UHGV virus genome: UHGV-1718691
DNA: 10,585 bases
Direction: 5' to 3' (one strand)
DNA from: a virus
How positions within the stretch are numbered: the first letter of the stretch is position 1; the number at the start of each line of letters is the position of its first letter. A model generated the notes under the pieces. It ran no database searches, was not told the DNA's origin, and worked only from the letters and a program-made list of their open reading frames with translations. The position numbers and the translations under genes are program-made. This document shows positions 1 to 9,713 of the stretch, in pieces.

Positions 1-24
1 CTCCGGCCCTAAGACATCAATCAT
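1..24 (-). CDS. Possible 5' end of the next downstream gene (partial, first 8 codons MIDVLGPE), running off the left edge
   Basis: ATG at 22-24 (minus) is preceded by GGAGA (29-33) with about 5-nt spacing and the frame stays open to the window edge. It lies about 75 nt downstream of the tail-needle stop. Too short to identify. Confidence 0.25.
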
Positions 25-36
25 CTGTTCTCCAAT

Positions 37-83
37 GACTAGTCTAAAAACTAGTATTAAGACTATCACTTATTTAAGTGATA
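37..83. repeat. Cluster of AT-rich inverted repeats in the spacer downstream of the tail-needle gene
   Basis: Seen directly: 8-bp palindrome GACTAGTC (37-44); inverted repeat TAGTCT (40-45) / AGACTA (60-65); inverted repeat TATCACTTA (64-72) / TAAGTGATA (75-83) with a 2-nt spacer. No U-tract follows on either strand, so not a classical terminator. Confidence 0.5.
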
Positions 84-99
84 TTGGTTGTCTGGAGAT

Positions 100-699
100 T
101 CAGGGGGCCAGTCTAGTGTATGACTGGTTAGCGTTGAATGAGCCAAGAAGTGGCGTACCTGTGGCTGCAGTCCATCCGGTATTTCTTGCTCCAACAACCT
201 GAATTCCATCAACTGAATATGATGTTTTTACATCCAGCGGTGACTCAAGAGACTGCAATTCGGTTACGGTTTTCGATACGTAATCACTCTTAATGCCAGA
301 GACATCGTTTTCTACGTCATCCAGTCTTTGGTCAACAGTGACCAGATGCGCCTGAATATCGATAACCTCATCCAGCAAGTAATCAACATCGCTACGCAGT
401 ACGACTATCTTCCCTTCGGCAGTTGTTAACCTGACCTCAAGTAGATTTATCGCTTTTGTGTTTGCGGTGATTCTTGCGTCGTGATCAGCCAGTTCGACAT
501 CCTGTTCATCGTTTTTCACCTGTGCATCGTAAGCGCCCTGACCAGCCTGATTTGCCTTCCCGGCAATTGCGCCGACATCAGCCCCCTGATTAATGACATA
601 CAACAGGTAAGACTGGCTGAAGATATTGCGTGGAAGGATTGATGTATCGAGCCGCGTCGCCTGCACAATAACAGGAGTGTTGAGATTCGAATCCGCCAT
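100..699 (-). CDS. 26: Tail needle (P22 gp26-like), 199 aa
   Basis: N-terminus [28 protein letters not shown]...[27 protein letters not shown] matches my recollection of the conserved N-terminal domain of P22 gp26; heptad-like coiled-coil segment follows. Start ATG overlaps the gp10 stop (TAATG). Stop TGA at 100-102. Shorter than P22 gp26 (about 233 aa, from memory). Confidence 0.85.
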   Translation of the reverse strand: MADSNLNTPVIVQATRLDTSILPRNIFSQSYLLYVINQGADVGAIAGKANQAGQGAYDAQVKNDEQDVELADHDARITANTKAINLLEVRLTTAEGKIVVLRSDVDYLLDEVIDIQAHLVTVDQRLDDVENDVSGIKSDYVSKTVTELQSLESPLDVKTSYSVDGIQVVGARNTGWTAATGTPLLGSFNANQSYTRLAP

Positions 700-2117
700 T
701 ACTCAATCCTTATCTGAGCGCCAGAAAGAGTTACAGGTGACTTCGTGATAACGCGCAATTTGAAGCCAACATTTTTCCTGATTCGCCCGACACGCTTCCA
801 CAAAACGCGTTTGTCGTAAACGAACGGTTCATTCTGCTCAATCATCTGCTCACGACCATAATTTATGCCGTCAGTGGTTGCAGAGAGGAACAGGCGGTCG
901 GCGTACTGCGCAACTCCAGTTGACGATTCAACTTCAAGGTCGAAAACTCTGGCGTTATCCGCTTTGAACAACGGAGTAAACAGCAGGTGTTCCTGTTGCT
1001 TGTCGTACTGGCTGCTGATATCGAACTGCAATTTTCCTGTCATCGATTCAAGCTTATCGCCGCACGTTATCTGATTGCCTTCGTAAATGAAGTCGATAGC
1101 GCGGTACACATCGTCATACAGGCCTGTTTTCAGCACACACCATTGCGGACCATTGGCACTTGAAGATGCGTCGTACACCAGAACATGGCGCGGAAGGTGG
1201 ATAATCAGCAACTCATGCGCATCAAATCGCAGCGATTCCATCACGCCATCAGCCAGTTCATCAGCAGTGTAGGAACGAAGGATTTTCTCAATGCTCGCGC
1301 TGGCGATTGGTGATACCTGACCGGAGCCGATGATATACACAGACGGCGCACCTGTTGCCGGATTGCTGATGAACGCATACGAATCAGCAAACGGCGTTTT
1401 GCAGTAGGTTCCGGCGATTCCTTTTTGCACCATCAGCGATGGCTGTGCGACATACAAAGCGGCACCAACAGTGGTTGCACCTGTCAGGGAGAAATATTCA
1501 ATCGTTGATGAACCAAAGCATACGATGAAGTCTCGCCATGTTCCGATGCCGATGATGCCGTCAGGCTGCGATTCTGCGCGATATTGTGCGCTGTAGCGGT
1601 CAGGATGAGATTCGTCTTCAAGGTCAGTGATAAACCATGAATCAGTACCGTCTTTTGACCACGCATAACGCCCACGTAATCGCGTAATGTCGCGGACTGA
1701 GCCTAACTCATACTGCGTGAATCCGCTGTCTGTAGGCCAGTTTGAGACGGTTTTAACCGTACCATCATAGCGATACTCGACCAGTTGACCATTAACGCCT
1801 ACAGCCTGAGATGTTCGACCATGCGCCATTGATACGCGACCACTTCCGGCGACGTCACCGACTTCACTTTCTCCTTTGTACAGCTTACCACCACATACGC
1901 GATAAACAGCATTCTGCGCCATGTTGTACTCGACGCCCCGCGATACGCCGTTCACATCAGAACGTTTGGCAATGCCCGGGAATGAGCGAAGATATCCGCT
2001 GCTGTTCAGGATTTCTTTGGGTGTAGCCAACATATTCACTGGCAGATAGTCGATATAGTCGGCGTTTCGAAAGTCTTTGCCGACACCTTTCATAAGCGGA
2101 AGTTGCTGAATCGGCAT
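699..2117 (-). CDS. 10: Tail-hub / head-completion protein (P22 gp10-like), 472 aa
   Basis: 472-aa ORF, the same length I recall for P22 gp10, in the syntenic position between gp4-like and tail-needle genes. Start ATG 2115-2117 overlaps the gp4 stop (TAATG). No recognisable catalytic motif; call rests on synteny and length. Confidence 0.85.
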   Translation of the reverse strand: MPIQQLPLMKGVGKDFRNADYIDYLPVNMLATPKEILNSSGYLRSFPGIAKRSDVNGVSRGVEYNMAQNAVYRVCGGKLYKGESEVGDVAGSGRVSMAHGRTSQAVGVNGQLVEYRYDGTVKTVSNWPTDSGFTQYELGSVRDITRLRGRYAWSKDGTDSWFITDLEDESHPDRYSAQYRAESQPDGIIGIGTWRDFIVCFGSSTIEYFSLTGATTVGAALYVAQPSLMVQKGIAGTYCKTPFADSYAFISNPATGAPSVYIIGSGQVSPIASASIEKILRSYTADELADGVMESLRFDAHELLIIHLPRHVLVYDASSSANGPQWCVLKTGLYDDVYRAIDFIYEGNQITCGDKLESMTGKLQFDISSQYDKQQEHLLFTPLFKADNARVFDLEVESSTGVAQYADRLFLSATTDGINYGREQMIEQNEPFVYDKRVLWKRVGRIRKNVGFKLRVITKSPVTLSGAQIRIE

Positions 2118-2617
2118 TATTCGCTCCCGTTATCGCAAGGTTCCTTTCGGTGGAAGTAATTCCAACCGTTCCACTTCGCCAACTGGTTACCACTACCAAC
2201 AGGCATACGGTTTGGATAACCGGACTTACATTTAGCGGCTTTTGCTCTGTCCATTGCAGACAGTTTGACGAGTCGCTCTTTCCCGTATCTGGCAGTGGTT
2301 ATAAGTTTTGCAGACGCTTCCAGCGCATAATCTGGAGCAATGCGGCAGGCAAGGTTGAAAATGACGGCATTTATAGCGTTATTTGATAATCCGTGCTCAT
2401 CTCCCGGATCTGGAGCGACATCTGCATCAGCAAAAATGTAGCCAACGTTGATACCAGGTGACACATCACCGCCAAGCCATTCAGCCATCATCATTTCAAG
2501 GTCGTTGACGCCATCTTCCATGGACTGAGGTTCGACATCGGTTAACGTGGCATTTGATGCCACACCGAGCTTACGTAATGCCGCAAGAACTAAATCACCC
2601 TTCGTTGTCAGGTTCAT
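2117..2617 (-). CDS. 4: Head-to-tail adaptor (P22 gp4-like), 166 aa from the internal ATG
   Basis: From ATG at 2615-2617 the product [33 protein letters not shown]... is 166 aa, matching remembered P22 gp4 in N-terminus and length. The frame is open upstream to 2731 (204 aa) but that extension overlaps the preceding ORF and has no counterpart in gp4. Confidence 0.85.
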   Translation of the reverse strand: MNLTTKGDLVLAALRKLGVASNATLTDVEPQSMEDGVNDLEMMMAEWLGGDVSPGINVGYIFADADVAPDPGDEHGLSNNAINAVIFNLACRIAPDYALEASAKLITTARYGKERLVKLSAMDRAKAAKCKSGYPNRMPVGSGNQLAKWNGWNYFHRKEPCDNGSE

Positions 2618-2831
2618 CTGCTGCCGCCTTAGGTTTTCGACCAGGCTTTTTACGCTGTTTTTCTTCTGGCTCTGGCTCTGGCTCTGCAACGTCCTTAAGA
2701 AGGTCATCGGGATGTGCAAACCAACCAGCATCCAGATATTCCTGAATCTCTTCGGCTTTCACGATTTCAAAGTCGTAGCCAACGCCTTTCCACTTCTTCA
2801 TGTCGCCATGACGAAAGATCATGTGTGTCAT
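2595..2831 (-). CDS. Small hypothetical protein (78 aa) between coat and gp4
   Basis: ATG at 2829-2831 preceded by GGAG (2838-2841) with 6-nt spacing, located just downstream of the coat terminator. Product [78 protein letters not shown] has a low-complexity charged tail. 3' end overlaps the gp4 start by 23 nt. Confidence 0.5.
   Translation of the reverse strand: MTHMIFRHGDMKKWKGVGYDFEIVKAEEIQEYLDAGWFAHPDDLLKDVAEPEPEPEEKQRKKPGRKPKAAADEPDNEG
2666..2686. repeat. Hexanucleotide tandem repeat (CTGGCT) x3.5
   Basis: Seen directly: ctggct ctggct ctggct ctg at 2666-2686. On the minus strand this encodes the EPEPEPE stretch of the 78-aa ORF. Confidence 0.6.
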
Positions 2832-2844
2832 GTTTGTCTCCAGA

Positions 2845-2867
2845 TAAAAAAGGGAGCCGAAGCTCCC
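2845..2867 (-). terminator. Rho-independent terminator immediately after the coat gene
   Basis: Minus strand reads GGGAGC-UUCG-GCUCCC followed by UUUUUUAU. Stem 2852-2857 / 2862-2867 (extendable by an A-U pair 2851/2868), UUCG tetraloop 2858-2861, U-tract from 2845-2850. Starts 8 nt after the coat stop (2876-2878). Confidence 0.75.
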
Positions 2868-2875
2868 TCTGGTTA

Positions 2876-4171
2876 TCACGCAGTCTGGTTAGGCAGGCCA
2901 ACGCCAATTGCCTCTGGTCGTACAGCACATGCTGAATACCACACAGCAATACGGCACTTACCAGACAGAGTGTTGATATCACCCTGCGTTGCGAAGATGC
3001 CGTTAACACCAATGCCAGGAATGCTGAAGGAAGAAGTTTTCATGCCAGCAAACAGTTCATGGGTTACCGGGATCGGCTGAGACAGTAGGCGGATTGAGTC
3101 ATCAGCCCAGAACACGTTAGCGGTGGTTGTTGCCACGTTCAGAACGTTTACCGGAGTGGTATCAGCAAGAGAAGTGTTTACGTTAGCGTAAGCCTTCTCT
3201 TCTTTTGTCAGTGACGCGTCATCCAGTGCAATCGGTTTCGGCGTGATTTCGATGTGAGTACTATCGATCACACGGGTGATTGAGAAAGTTGCATCATCAG
3301 TCAGCACGTTCTTCGCCATCTGAGACAGGAATTTCACACCAGTGAAGCTGATTTTGTCGCCGCGCTTAAATCCGGTGGTGGAGGATACGGTCACCGTTGC
3401 AACACGGTTGTCGACGTTCTCTTTGTTACCATCGGTATCAAGGGTGTATGCCTGCGGCTTAAACTTCTGCGCACCAGACACAGTTACACCAGTAGCGGTT
3501 GACTTGGTAACTGCCGGAAGTTTCGGTGAGCGAAGAATTTCATCAAAGCCAGCAATCTGACGCTGAATAGTACCGTTGCGATACGCTTCTTCAGGAACGC
3601 GCCCGAAGATGTCACCATCTACCAGGTTGCGGCCTGCTTTACGGTAATCGTCAGGGTTCAGGAAGTAACTGATGCCCATATCGCGGTTTAGCTCACGGGA
3701 GAACATCAGGCGCTCTGCATCAGACACAAAATCCCAGCCAGACAGGCCAGTAGATGGACCAATTGCGCGGGTATCGTGAACAACAAGCGAGCCCATTTCA
3801 GTTGCCTGTTTGGCAATCGCTGACTCAATGTTATTCGCCAGTTTTTTGGCGGATGCCTGGATGCGGCGACGGTAAGAACGCTCATCACGCAGGTCATCTG
3901 CACGAAGCTCGAAGAAATCGTTATCCGGATCGCCCATGTTGCACTTCACGGAGAGTTCCAGAATCCCGGTTGCGTTGCCAGTTAAATCCCAGCCAGTCTG
4001 GGTTGGCGCTTCCTGCTCAACAGGCATCCACACGGTGTTGCTTGAACGCTGCATGGATTCTGCCGGAGGGGTGTATTTTGTCACTTTGGACGCCATTGGC
4101 GTCAGGTTCTGGACGGTTTCGATGATTTCATCCAGAGCATACGTGACTAGTTGACCTTCATTTAATGCCAT
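2876..4171 (-). CDS. 5: Major capsid (coat) protein, P22 gp5-like, 431 aa
   Basis: N-terminus [20 protein letters not shown] and C-terminus ...[30 protein letters not shown] match my recollection of P22 coat protein (about 430 aa), as does ...[12 protein letters not shown]...[10 protein letters not shown].... Start ATG overlaps scaffold stop (TAATG). Stop TGA at 2876-2878. Confidence 0.95.
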   Translation of the reverse strand: MALNEGQLVTYALDEIIETVQNLTPMASKVTKYTPPAESMQRSSNTVWMPVEQEAPTQTGWDLTGNATGILELSVKCNMGDPDNDFFELRADDLRDERSYRRRIQASAKKLANNIESAIAKQATEMGSLVVHDTRAIGPSTGLSGWDFVSDAERLMFSRELNRDMGISYFLNPDDYRKAGRNLVDGDIFGRVPEEAYRNGTIQRQIAGFDEILRSPKLPAVTKSTATGVTVSGAQKFKPQAYTLDTDGNKENVDNRVATVTVSSTTGFKRGDKISFTGVKFLSQMAKNVLTDDATFSITRVIDSTHIEITPKPIALDDASLTKEEKAYANVNTSLADTTPVNVLNVATTTANVFWADDSIRLLSQPIPVTHELFAGMKTSSFSIPGIGVNGIFATQGDINTLSGKCRIAVWYSACAVRPEAIGVGLPNQTA

Positions 4172-5082
4172 TATCGAATTCCTTTATTCAGTTGCGCCTT
4201 AAGCTTGCGGTATGTCTCTACATCCCCTTTGTTTGCTGCCGCTTCCATCTGCTTTTCAATCGCAGATATATTTGCAGCAACAGCGTGTCCCTGAATGGGT
4301 TCATCAGGTAGCGGGGCTTCTGAAACAGGTTTGGCTCGAGGCTTGAGAGTTAAACGTTCTGACAGTAGAGTGAGTTCAATCAGCGCGGATTTCCCGTCCA
4401 TCGCCAGCAACTGGCGTGTTTTCTCAGGATTAGCACCAAGGTGATACATGAGAGCGGCGGATTTCTCCGGGAAGAGGCGCATGATGTCGGCACCGACTGC
4501 TGGCGGCACCAGTTGCATGAATACATCCTCTTTCTCCTGATAGTCAGGGATATTGAGCTTTTCCGCTGCGTCGTAGTGCTTACGGGCTGCCTCGACGTAT
4601 TGCGCTGATTGCTGGGTGAACTCCTGAGTTTTGCGACCCTGCTCGGCGACAGCCTGGCTTCGTGCGTCCATAGCCTTGATCTGCCATTCACTGTTTGCCT
4701 GCTGGAAGGCAGCCAGTGCGCGGCTCTGGTCATAGTCGTACTTAGCCAGTGCGTCTTCGGAAAGATAATCGTTAGGGTCTGGTTGTTTTGGTAACTCAGG
4801 GTTCACCCGCAGGTGCTCCGGCAACTCTCCCCGCTTAACCGCTTCCATCTGTTGCTCAAGCTCACGCTGGCGTTTGCGTTCGATGCGGCGACGGGCAAAT
4901 TCAGCATTAGTTGCCGGGTCTTGTTTTGGTTTCTCATCGTCTTTCAGGACAATCTCGAAGCCTTCTTCCTGACCTGCGTTGTCGTTGGCATTATCGACAA
5001 CTAAGCCATCAGCAGATGCCGCTGCATGATTGCCGGGCAGGGTTAATTCTTCAGAAGCCTGAATGTCGGTGGTTTGGTCCAT
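4171..5082 (-). CDS. 8: Scaffolding protein, P22 gp8-like, 303 aa
   Basis: 303 aa (same length as P22 gp8, from memory), highly charged and Glu/Lys/Ala/Gln-rich, in the syntenic position between portal and coat. ATG at 5080-5082 sits 13 nt after the portal stop. Confidence 0.9.
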   Translation of the reverse strand: MDQTTDIQASEELTLPGNHAAASADGLVVDNANDNAGQEEGFEIVLKDDEKPKQDPATNAEFARRRIERKRQRELEQQMEAVKRGELPEHLRVNPELPKQPDPNDYLSEDALAKYDYDQSRALAAFQQANSEWQIKAMDARSQAVAEQGRKTQEFTQQSAQYVEAARKHYDAAEKLNIPDYQEKEDVFMQLVPPAVGADIMRLFPEKSAALMYHLGANPEKTRQLLAMDGKSALIELTLLSERLTLKPRAKPVSEAPLPDEPIQGHAVAANISAIEKQMEAAANKGDVETYRKLKAQLNKGIR

Positions 5083-5095
5083 GATTAACTCTCTC

Positions 5096-7261
5096 TTATT
5101 GAGGTGTCTCGGCTACTCCGCCGGAGGGGATTTGAACTTGACGCATAAGATTCGCGAAATCCATGCGTTGTGAATGAGTCTGGTCTGCATCTTTAAGAAG
5201 CAGCTCAGCGTTAGCACGAGCATCTTTGCTGCGCTGTTGCTGGAATTGACCTACGAGCTTGAGGTACTCACGCAGTTCTGCCTGCTTGTCGAGGTCCATA
5301 TTGTTGAAGATTTCTGCAATCTTCGCGGCGTTGAGTTGGTTTTGGGCTTCAACCTTGGCGGCTTCAACCTGAATCTGCGCCTGTTGGTTCTCTGCCTTGA
5401 GCAATTCAGCCTGACCTTGCAGAAGGATACCCTGCGCCTGAATTTGCTCTGCTGATGGCTGCTGCGGCTGCTGTTGAGCCTGCTGTACCATCTCCATCTC
5501 TTCAGGTGTTTCTGGCTTCTTCAGCCCCATCATCACCAGTTGCTTGTTCGCGTACTCTCGCATCATCTCGACGCCTTTACCGTCAAGCAGCGTGAAGTAT
5601 TGCAGCATCAGCATCTGGAACTCTGGAGTACCTTGCGGAACCTTGGTGAGCAACTCCTGAATCTCTGCGCGGTTCTGTTCCTTCATACTCTGGAAGGATG
5701 GTCCTACGTCTGTATAGCACTCATAGCGACCGCGAATGTCGTTGAGTGTGACCACATTGCCGGACTGGTAATCGACAACTTGCGCATAGAGTTGAATGTC
5801 TTTCTCGCTTCCATCTTCAAGTGTCAGCGTTACATGACGAGGAACGTCATAAATATCGTTGACCATTGAGGCATAAATCTCGCCATCACGTCGCATTGCG
5901 GTAGCCAGGTTATCCTGAAACACGTATGTCTCAAGGTCTGCCCGCATGTTAAGTTGATTGACGGTATCGAAAGCGACCTGACCATTTGCCGCCTGCGCAT
6001 CCACGCCAAGACTAGCCACTTCTTTCACTGCGTTGGTGGCAGCCTCAAGCATGTAAGCGTTGGCTTGCGGCACTTCAGGGTTTTCCATGTAGGAGATTGG
6101 ACCAATCGGCAGGTCGTTACCGTTTTCATCAGTCCTGTTCTGGAGATAGTACGGATAGTCATCATTTCCACCGTACATGTATTCGTAGCCTTCTATTTGC
6201 TCAGGGAAGAAGGTAGGTTTCTTCTTCGGTGAACGAGCAACAATATCGGCGTTGAATGACATGATCATGTTACGAAGGCGCTGACCGTCTTTCGTCAGCC
6301 TTACCACTCCTTCGTAGCACTCCTTGTCACCAGCGAATGACCATTCGCCGTACACAGGAACGATTGGGATATGCTCTCCGGCTATCTTCTCTCGGTCCTT
6401 CAGTATCTGCGTGCAGGTGATGATCGACTTATACACACGCCGACGCTTGACCTTACGCTCTGCTACCTTAATGAATCCACGATTAGCCAGGTCGTCGATG
6501 ACGTCTTTGATATCCTGCTGGTAATAGCTGACCGGCTCACCTGTCAGCGGGTCGCGGTAGATGAAGACTTTCTCCTTCTTCTCTTCTACCTCGTAATACT
6601 CAGCGACGTAGACGACATCATTCGATACCCACGGAAACAGCCATGTATCGTTCGGATTCTGGAAAGATGGCAGGGTGTCAGGATCAATACCGTAATCCTC
6701 TGCGAACTCTTTCCAGCCATTGCGTGACAAAGCGTTAATCACCGTGCAGTGCTTAGCGTCGCTCTTATCCATCTGCTTGCTGTTGGCGTCCCATATGACG
6801 TGTGAGCAGGCTTCATGGATTGGAAGGCGTCGGATTACCTGATTGTTGCTTGTTGGGTCGTTGTCTTCGTACTGCGTGACCAGACGCCATGCACCAACGC
6901 CGGACTCTATCTGCTCACGAACGCCAACGTTAACGGCAATTTTTGCCGTGTTATGGCGCATATCAGTACGATACATCCCCATCAGCACATCGGCAGCATC
7001 AGGATTAGCTCCGTCTTTTGGTCTGAAGAGAACATCGATAGGGTTACGGCGCATCTCTGCGACCAGTTTCCTGACCACCGGGCGAACAACATCGAATTGT
7101 CCGCGATATTGCAGGGTGGTGTAGTTTGATAGCCAGTCATCCCATTGCGACACTCGGCTAAAATACAGGTCATTTGTCGCCTCGGTTCTGGCTTCATCGC
7201 TCGCCATCCAGTCCGCGTCAAACTTACACAGAATGGAATTGAGTCTGTTTTCGTCGGCCAT
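5096..7261 (-). CDS. 1: Portal protein, P22 gp1-like, 721 aa
   Basis: [43 protein letters not shown]... and the Gln/Ala-rich C-terminal helical segment (...[34 protein letters not shown]...) match my recollection of P22 portal (about 725 aa). ATG 7259-7261 directly abuts the terminase TAA. Confidence 0.95.
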   Translation of the reverse strand: MADENRLNSILCKFDADWMASDEARTEATNDLYFSRVSQWDDWLSNYTTLQYRGQFDVVRPVVRKLVAEMRRNPIDVLFRPKDGANPDAADVLMGMYRTDMRHNTAKIAVNVGVREQIESGVGAWRLVTQYEDNDPTSNNQVIRRLPIHEACSHVIWDANSKQMDKSDAKHCTVINALSRNGWKEFAEDYGIDPDTLPSFQNPNDTWLFPWVSNDVVYVAEYYEVEEKKEKVFIYRDPLTGEPVSYYQQDIKDVIDDLANRGFIKVAERKVKRRRVYKSIITCTQILKDREKIAGEHIPIVPVYGEWSFAGDKECYEGVVRLTKDGQRLRNMIMSFNADIVARSPKKKPTFFPEQIEGYEYMYGGNDDYPYYLQNRTDENGNDLPIGPISYMENPEVPQANAYMLEAATNAVKEVASLGVDAQAANGQVAFDTVNQLNMRADLETYVFQDNLATAMRRDGEIYASMVNDIYDVPRHVTLTLEDGSEKDIQLYAQVVDYQSGNVVTLNDIRGRYECYTDVGPSFQSMKEQNRAEIQELLTKVPQGTPEFQMLMLQYFTLLDGKGVEMMREYANKQLVMMGLKKPETPEEMEMVQQAQQQPQQPSAEQIQAQGILLQGQAELLKAENQQAQIQVEAAKVEAQNQLNAAKIAEIFNNMDLDKQAELREYLKLVGQFQQQRSKDARANAELLLKDADQTHSQRMDFANLMRQVQIPSGGVAETPQ

Positions 7262-8761
7262 TTAAGTTCTCCGTGCGATTGGCCTGATTGGGGCTGGTAT
7301 CTTTTTCTCTTTTGGTTTTTTGATGTCGCGCATCATTTTTGCGAAGCGGCGCATCATGTATGCATAGCGAACGGCGGAGAGAACGTCATCGTTAAGCTTG
7401 ACGATTTTCCCGTTTTCATCACGGTGATAGAGGCGGAACTCCTCAAAGAATGGCTCACAGGTGTTGAATACTTTGAAGCGACCGTCGAGCATCATGTCTC
7501 GCAATTCAGTGATGCCAGGCTCAACAGCGTTACCGCCATCAGGCCATGTCGCATGCTCCTGCAACATCATAAATCCAGCGTCCGCATACTGCCCTTTGAG
7601 CTGCTCACCGCCGCCCTTCTCGTGCTGGTTTCCGTCATGAGGCCATGCGGTTGGCACTTTATGCGCCCATGGTTTAACAGCTCCCCACGCCTGAACGGCT
7701 GTCTTTTCTTTCGCCTTCCAAACGCGTGAAAGGTAGATTATGTCTGCGTCCTTATCCCACCAAAGCTGAACCTGCGCCTGTGGGTGATCCCATCCGAAAT
7801 CCATCCCGCCAATTACGTAGAAGTGATCAGGACACTCGAACGGCTGACACTTAATCGTCTCTTCCGGTATCTGGAAGATTCGACCACTACCCATCGTAGG
7901 AATACCGCGAGCACGCGCCTCTCTCTCATGCTCAGGATAGGATGCGATGATTTGCTCTTTCTGCTCGTCGGTGTAGTGCTCAGCGTCATAGATGGTCATG
8001 TTGACCACTTTCTGCGACTTGCTGGGATTCTTCAGGAACTTGGTAACAACGTCAGACATCCCCATCAGCGGGGTAAACGTCAGAATTGAGAATTGCCCGT
8101 ATTTGTTGGTACGGGTAAGCCCTTCGCCATAAATGCTGTATGGCGGCTCTTCGTCAAACCACACGCCATGGATTGTGTCACCCTGCCAGCGAGCGCGGCC
8201 TTGCGAGTATGGTTTGAAGTAGCAGATTGAAATGCCATCTTCAACGCCATCAGCCGTGTGATGCTTAACCAGAAGATGATCAACAAGGTTCGGAAAGAAA
8301 GGAGACTTCTTCCAGCTAATGATGTCCTCTTTCGGTATTGAACCGTAGCCCGGCTCATCATTCTCTTCAATACGACCGCACAGGATGCGTTGAGTCGTTT
8401 TGGTTACCGTCTCGTTTGTCTCGCCGCCAATCCAGAAGACAACAGGCTCATAGAAACGCTTACCTTTCCACTCACCGCCATATTTACCATCAGCAGGATA
8501 GCCTTTTGTGCCCGGATAACGCCCGGTAAGGTGAAACGCGACTTCAGCAGCACCAGTAAATGACTTACCAAGCTGGTTACCAGCCATAAAACAGCGCTCT
8601 GGATAGTCATGCCCGGCGTCGATGAACTCACGCTGTTTGCTGTATGGCGTAAATTCATATAGCAGGTGTGTGTTCCGGTAGTTCTCTTCTTCTTCGAGTA
8701 GCTCGAGCAATTCGATTTGCTCTTCGTCGCTCAAGTTATCAAGAATCGCGTCCAGTTCCAC
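7262..8761 (-). CDS. 2: Terminase large subunit, P22 gp2-like, 499 aa
   Basis: 499 aa; sequence (MELDAILD...[37 protein letters not shown]...) strongly resembles remembered P22 gp2, with a Walker-A-like GNQLGKS motif. The start codon at 8759-8761 is GTG, 10 nt downstream of AAGGAG, and overlaps the terS 3' end by 23 nt. Confidence 0.95.
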   Translation of the reverse strand: MELDAILDNLSDEEQIELLELLEEEENYRNTHLLYEFTPYSKQREFIDAGHDYPERCFMAGNQLGKSFTGAAEVAFHLTGRYPGTKGYPADGKYGGEWKGKRFYEPVVFWIGGETNETVTKTTQRILCGRIEENDEPGYGSIPKEDIISWKKSPFFPNLVDHLLVKHHTADGVEDGISICYFKPYSQGRARWQGDTIHGVWFDEEPPYSIYGEGLTRTNKYGQFSILTFTPLMGMSDVVTKFLKNPSKSQKVVNMTIYDAEHYTDEQKEQIIASYPEHEREARARGIPTMGSGRIFQIPEETIKCQPFECPDHFYVIGGMDFGWDHPQAQVQLWWDKDADIIYLSRVWKAKEKTAVQAWGAVKPWAHKVPTAWPHDGNQHEKGGGEQLKGQYADAGFMMLQEHATWPDGGNAVEPGITELRDMMLDGRFKVFNTCEPFFEEFRLYHRDENGKIVKLNDDVLSAVRYAYMMRRFAKMMRDIKKPKEKKIPAPIRPIARRT

Positions 8762-9227
8762 GGTTGAATAGCTCCTTGATACGAGAGCGCCGCTTATCGC
8801 GATCTCCCTTATCAGGTGTCACGTCTTCAACTTGCGACTGCTCTTTGAGGCCCAAATCACGGGCGATGATGTTAGCGTTGAGAAGGTCAGCGGCTGCGCC
8901 AGAGAATTTCTGGTCGTAGATGATGTCTTCCGCTCGTGATGTGACGTCAGAAAAACCTTCCATTGACCGGAAGGTTCCCCATGTTTGCCTGGTGATATCA
9001 AGGAAGGTACACAATCCTGAAATAGTCATGGCTCGCATCTTAGGGACATTAGCCTTAATTATTTCTCCCTGATATGAAAATACCTTACCCTCCCATAGCG
9101 GGTTATCATCAGCCCACTCGAAGTATTCACAACAAGCAGCCCACAGCGCCTCAGGCGATTCGAATTTAGGATTTCGCCCATGACTACTGCGGGCCTCCCA
9201 AAATCGGTTGCCCTTTGGTGCTGCCAT
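8739..9227 (-). CDS. 3: Terminase small subunit, P22 gp3-like, 162 aa
   Basis: [38 protein letters not shown]... and C-terminus ...[24 protein letters not shown] match my recollection of P22 gp3 (162 aa). The central segment differs from what I remember of P22, which is where pac recognition maps. Confidence 0.9.
   Translation of the reverse strand: MAAPKGNRFWEARSSHGRNPKFESPEALWAACCEYFEWADDNPLWEGKVFSYQGEIIKANVPKMRAMTISGLCTFLDITRQTWGTFRSMEGFSDVTSRAEDIIYDQKFSGAAADLLNANIIARDLGLKEQSQVEDVTPDKGDRDKRRSRIKELFNRGTGRDS
8931..8960 (-). other. Candidate pac (packaging initiation) site inside terS
   Basis: Minus strand GGAAGGTTTTTCTGACGTCACATCACGAGC, encoding [10 protein letters not shown], sits at the position where the P22 pac site lies inside gene 3 and resembles, but is not identical to, the P22 pac sequence as I recall it. 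Contains the 8-bp palindrome TGACGTCA (8941-8948). By analogy only. Confidence 0.3.
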
Positions 9228-9232
9228 ATTGA

Positions 9233-9304
9233 TTATTTCCCTTCTGCTTGCTTATCCCATTCATCGCGGAATTTGGATGGGTTGTCGAAACCTTGAGTTG
9301 CCAT
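9233..9304 (-). CDS. Micro-ORF (23 codons, [23 protein letters not shown]) between the small acidic ORF and terS
   Basis: ATG at 9302-9304 lies 2 nt after the upstream TAA (9307-9309), with GGAG 7 nt upstream of the ATG inside the upstream gene's last codons. Its TAA stop (9233-9235) is 5 nt before the terS ATG. Geometry suggests translational coupling; may be non-functional. Confidence 0.3.
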   Translation of the reverse strand: MATQGFDNPSKFRDEWDKQAEGK

Positions 9305-9306
9305 GT

Positions 9307-9549
9307 TTATGCTCCGGTGGTGAACAGGTCTAACGCTTCCTTCGATTTACGCACCGCTTCGATTGTGCGGGTCGTGATATCTGAATTAGCGCCGCCTGAC
9401 TGGAAGTGAATTTTGAATAGCTCAAGCTTCAGCTCGTCAGTGCCAATGAACTGAAATGCTTCTTCTGCGGCTGCGTTCTGGTTCATGACCAGTTTGTAAA
9501 TCTCTAGCTGGAATTTCTGTTCTTCAGTCATGGGAATAATCTCTGCCAT
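9307..9549 (-). CDS. Small acidic hypothetical protein (80 aa)
   Basis: ATG 9547-9549 with GGAG 6 nt upstream; stop TAA 9307-9309. Product MAEIIPMTEEQKFQLEIYKLVMNQ... has net charge about -5. I recall a small ORF of similar size in this position upstream of gene 3 in P22, but not with certainty. Confidence 0.65.
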   Translation of the reverse strand: MAEIIPMTEEQKFQLEIYKLVMNQNAAAEEAFQFIGTDELKLELFKIHFQSGGANSDITTRTIEAVRKSKEALDLFTTGA

Positions 9550-9701
9550 TGTTGGCTCCGTTTATCCGTTAAAAGGGATATCAGTTAAGTTATCCCGTGT
9601 AGGGTATAAGCCATTGTCGAGACCACTCATTGAATGGCCTCTGCAATAACCGATGTCTTTCCATCAGTCCGCCACCACAAAGAATCTTTTTTGCCTTAAG
9701 G

Positions 9702-9713
9702 CAGGAGCTTCAT
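9702..9713. repeat. Perfect 12-bp palindrome TGCCTTAAGGCA in non-coding spacer
   Basis: Seen directly: TGCCTTAAGGCA equals its own reverse complement; flanked on the plus strand by a T6 run (9696-9701). Operator-like dyad; function unknown. Confidence 0.5.

Noticed and set aside
2117-2731. 204-aa extended form of the gp4-like ORF
   Set aside because: The 38-codon N-terminal extension overlaps the upstream ORF in another frame, and the product from the internal ATG (2617) matches the expected gp4 length and N-terminus.
2595-2879. 94-aa version of the small ORF starting at the GTG that overlaps the coat stop
   Set aside because: The first 16 codons would run straight through the terminator hairpin and U-tract; a proper RBS and ATG lie just after the terminator (2831), so the 78-aa form is preferred.
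2547-3080. Plus-strand ORF of 177 aa antisense to the coat 3' end and the small ORF
   Set aside because: Cys/Trp/Phe-rich junk-like composition, no RBS, and it is fully antisense to well-supported genes and crosses the coat terminator.
4380-4733. Minus-strand 117-aa ORF inside the scaffold gene in an alternative frame
   Set aside because: Fully embedded in a conserved gene; Arg/Ser-rich composition typical of an off-frame read; no independent start signal.
5440-5480. Imperfect CAG/CTG-rich tract in the portal 3' region
   Set aside because: It encodes the Gln-rich C-terminal segment of the portal protein, so it reflects protein composition and is not an independent repeat element.
6982-7221. 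Minus-strand 79-aa ORF inside the portal gene in an alternative frame
   Set aside because: Embedded off-frame ORF with no RBS; the portal frame explains the region.
7145-7729. Plus-strand ORF of 194 aa antisense to the terminase/portal junction
   Set aside because: Antisense shadow of a highly conserved gene; low-complexity Trp/Phe/Cys-rich product; no start context.
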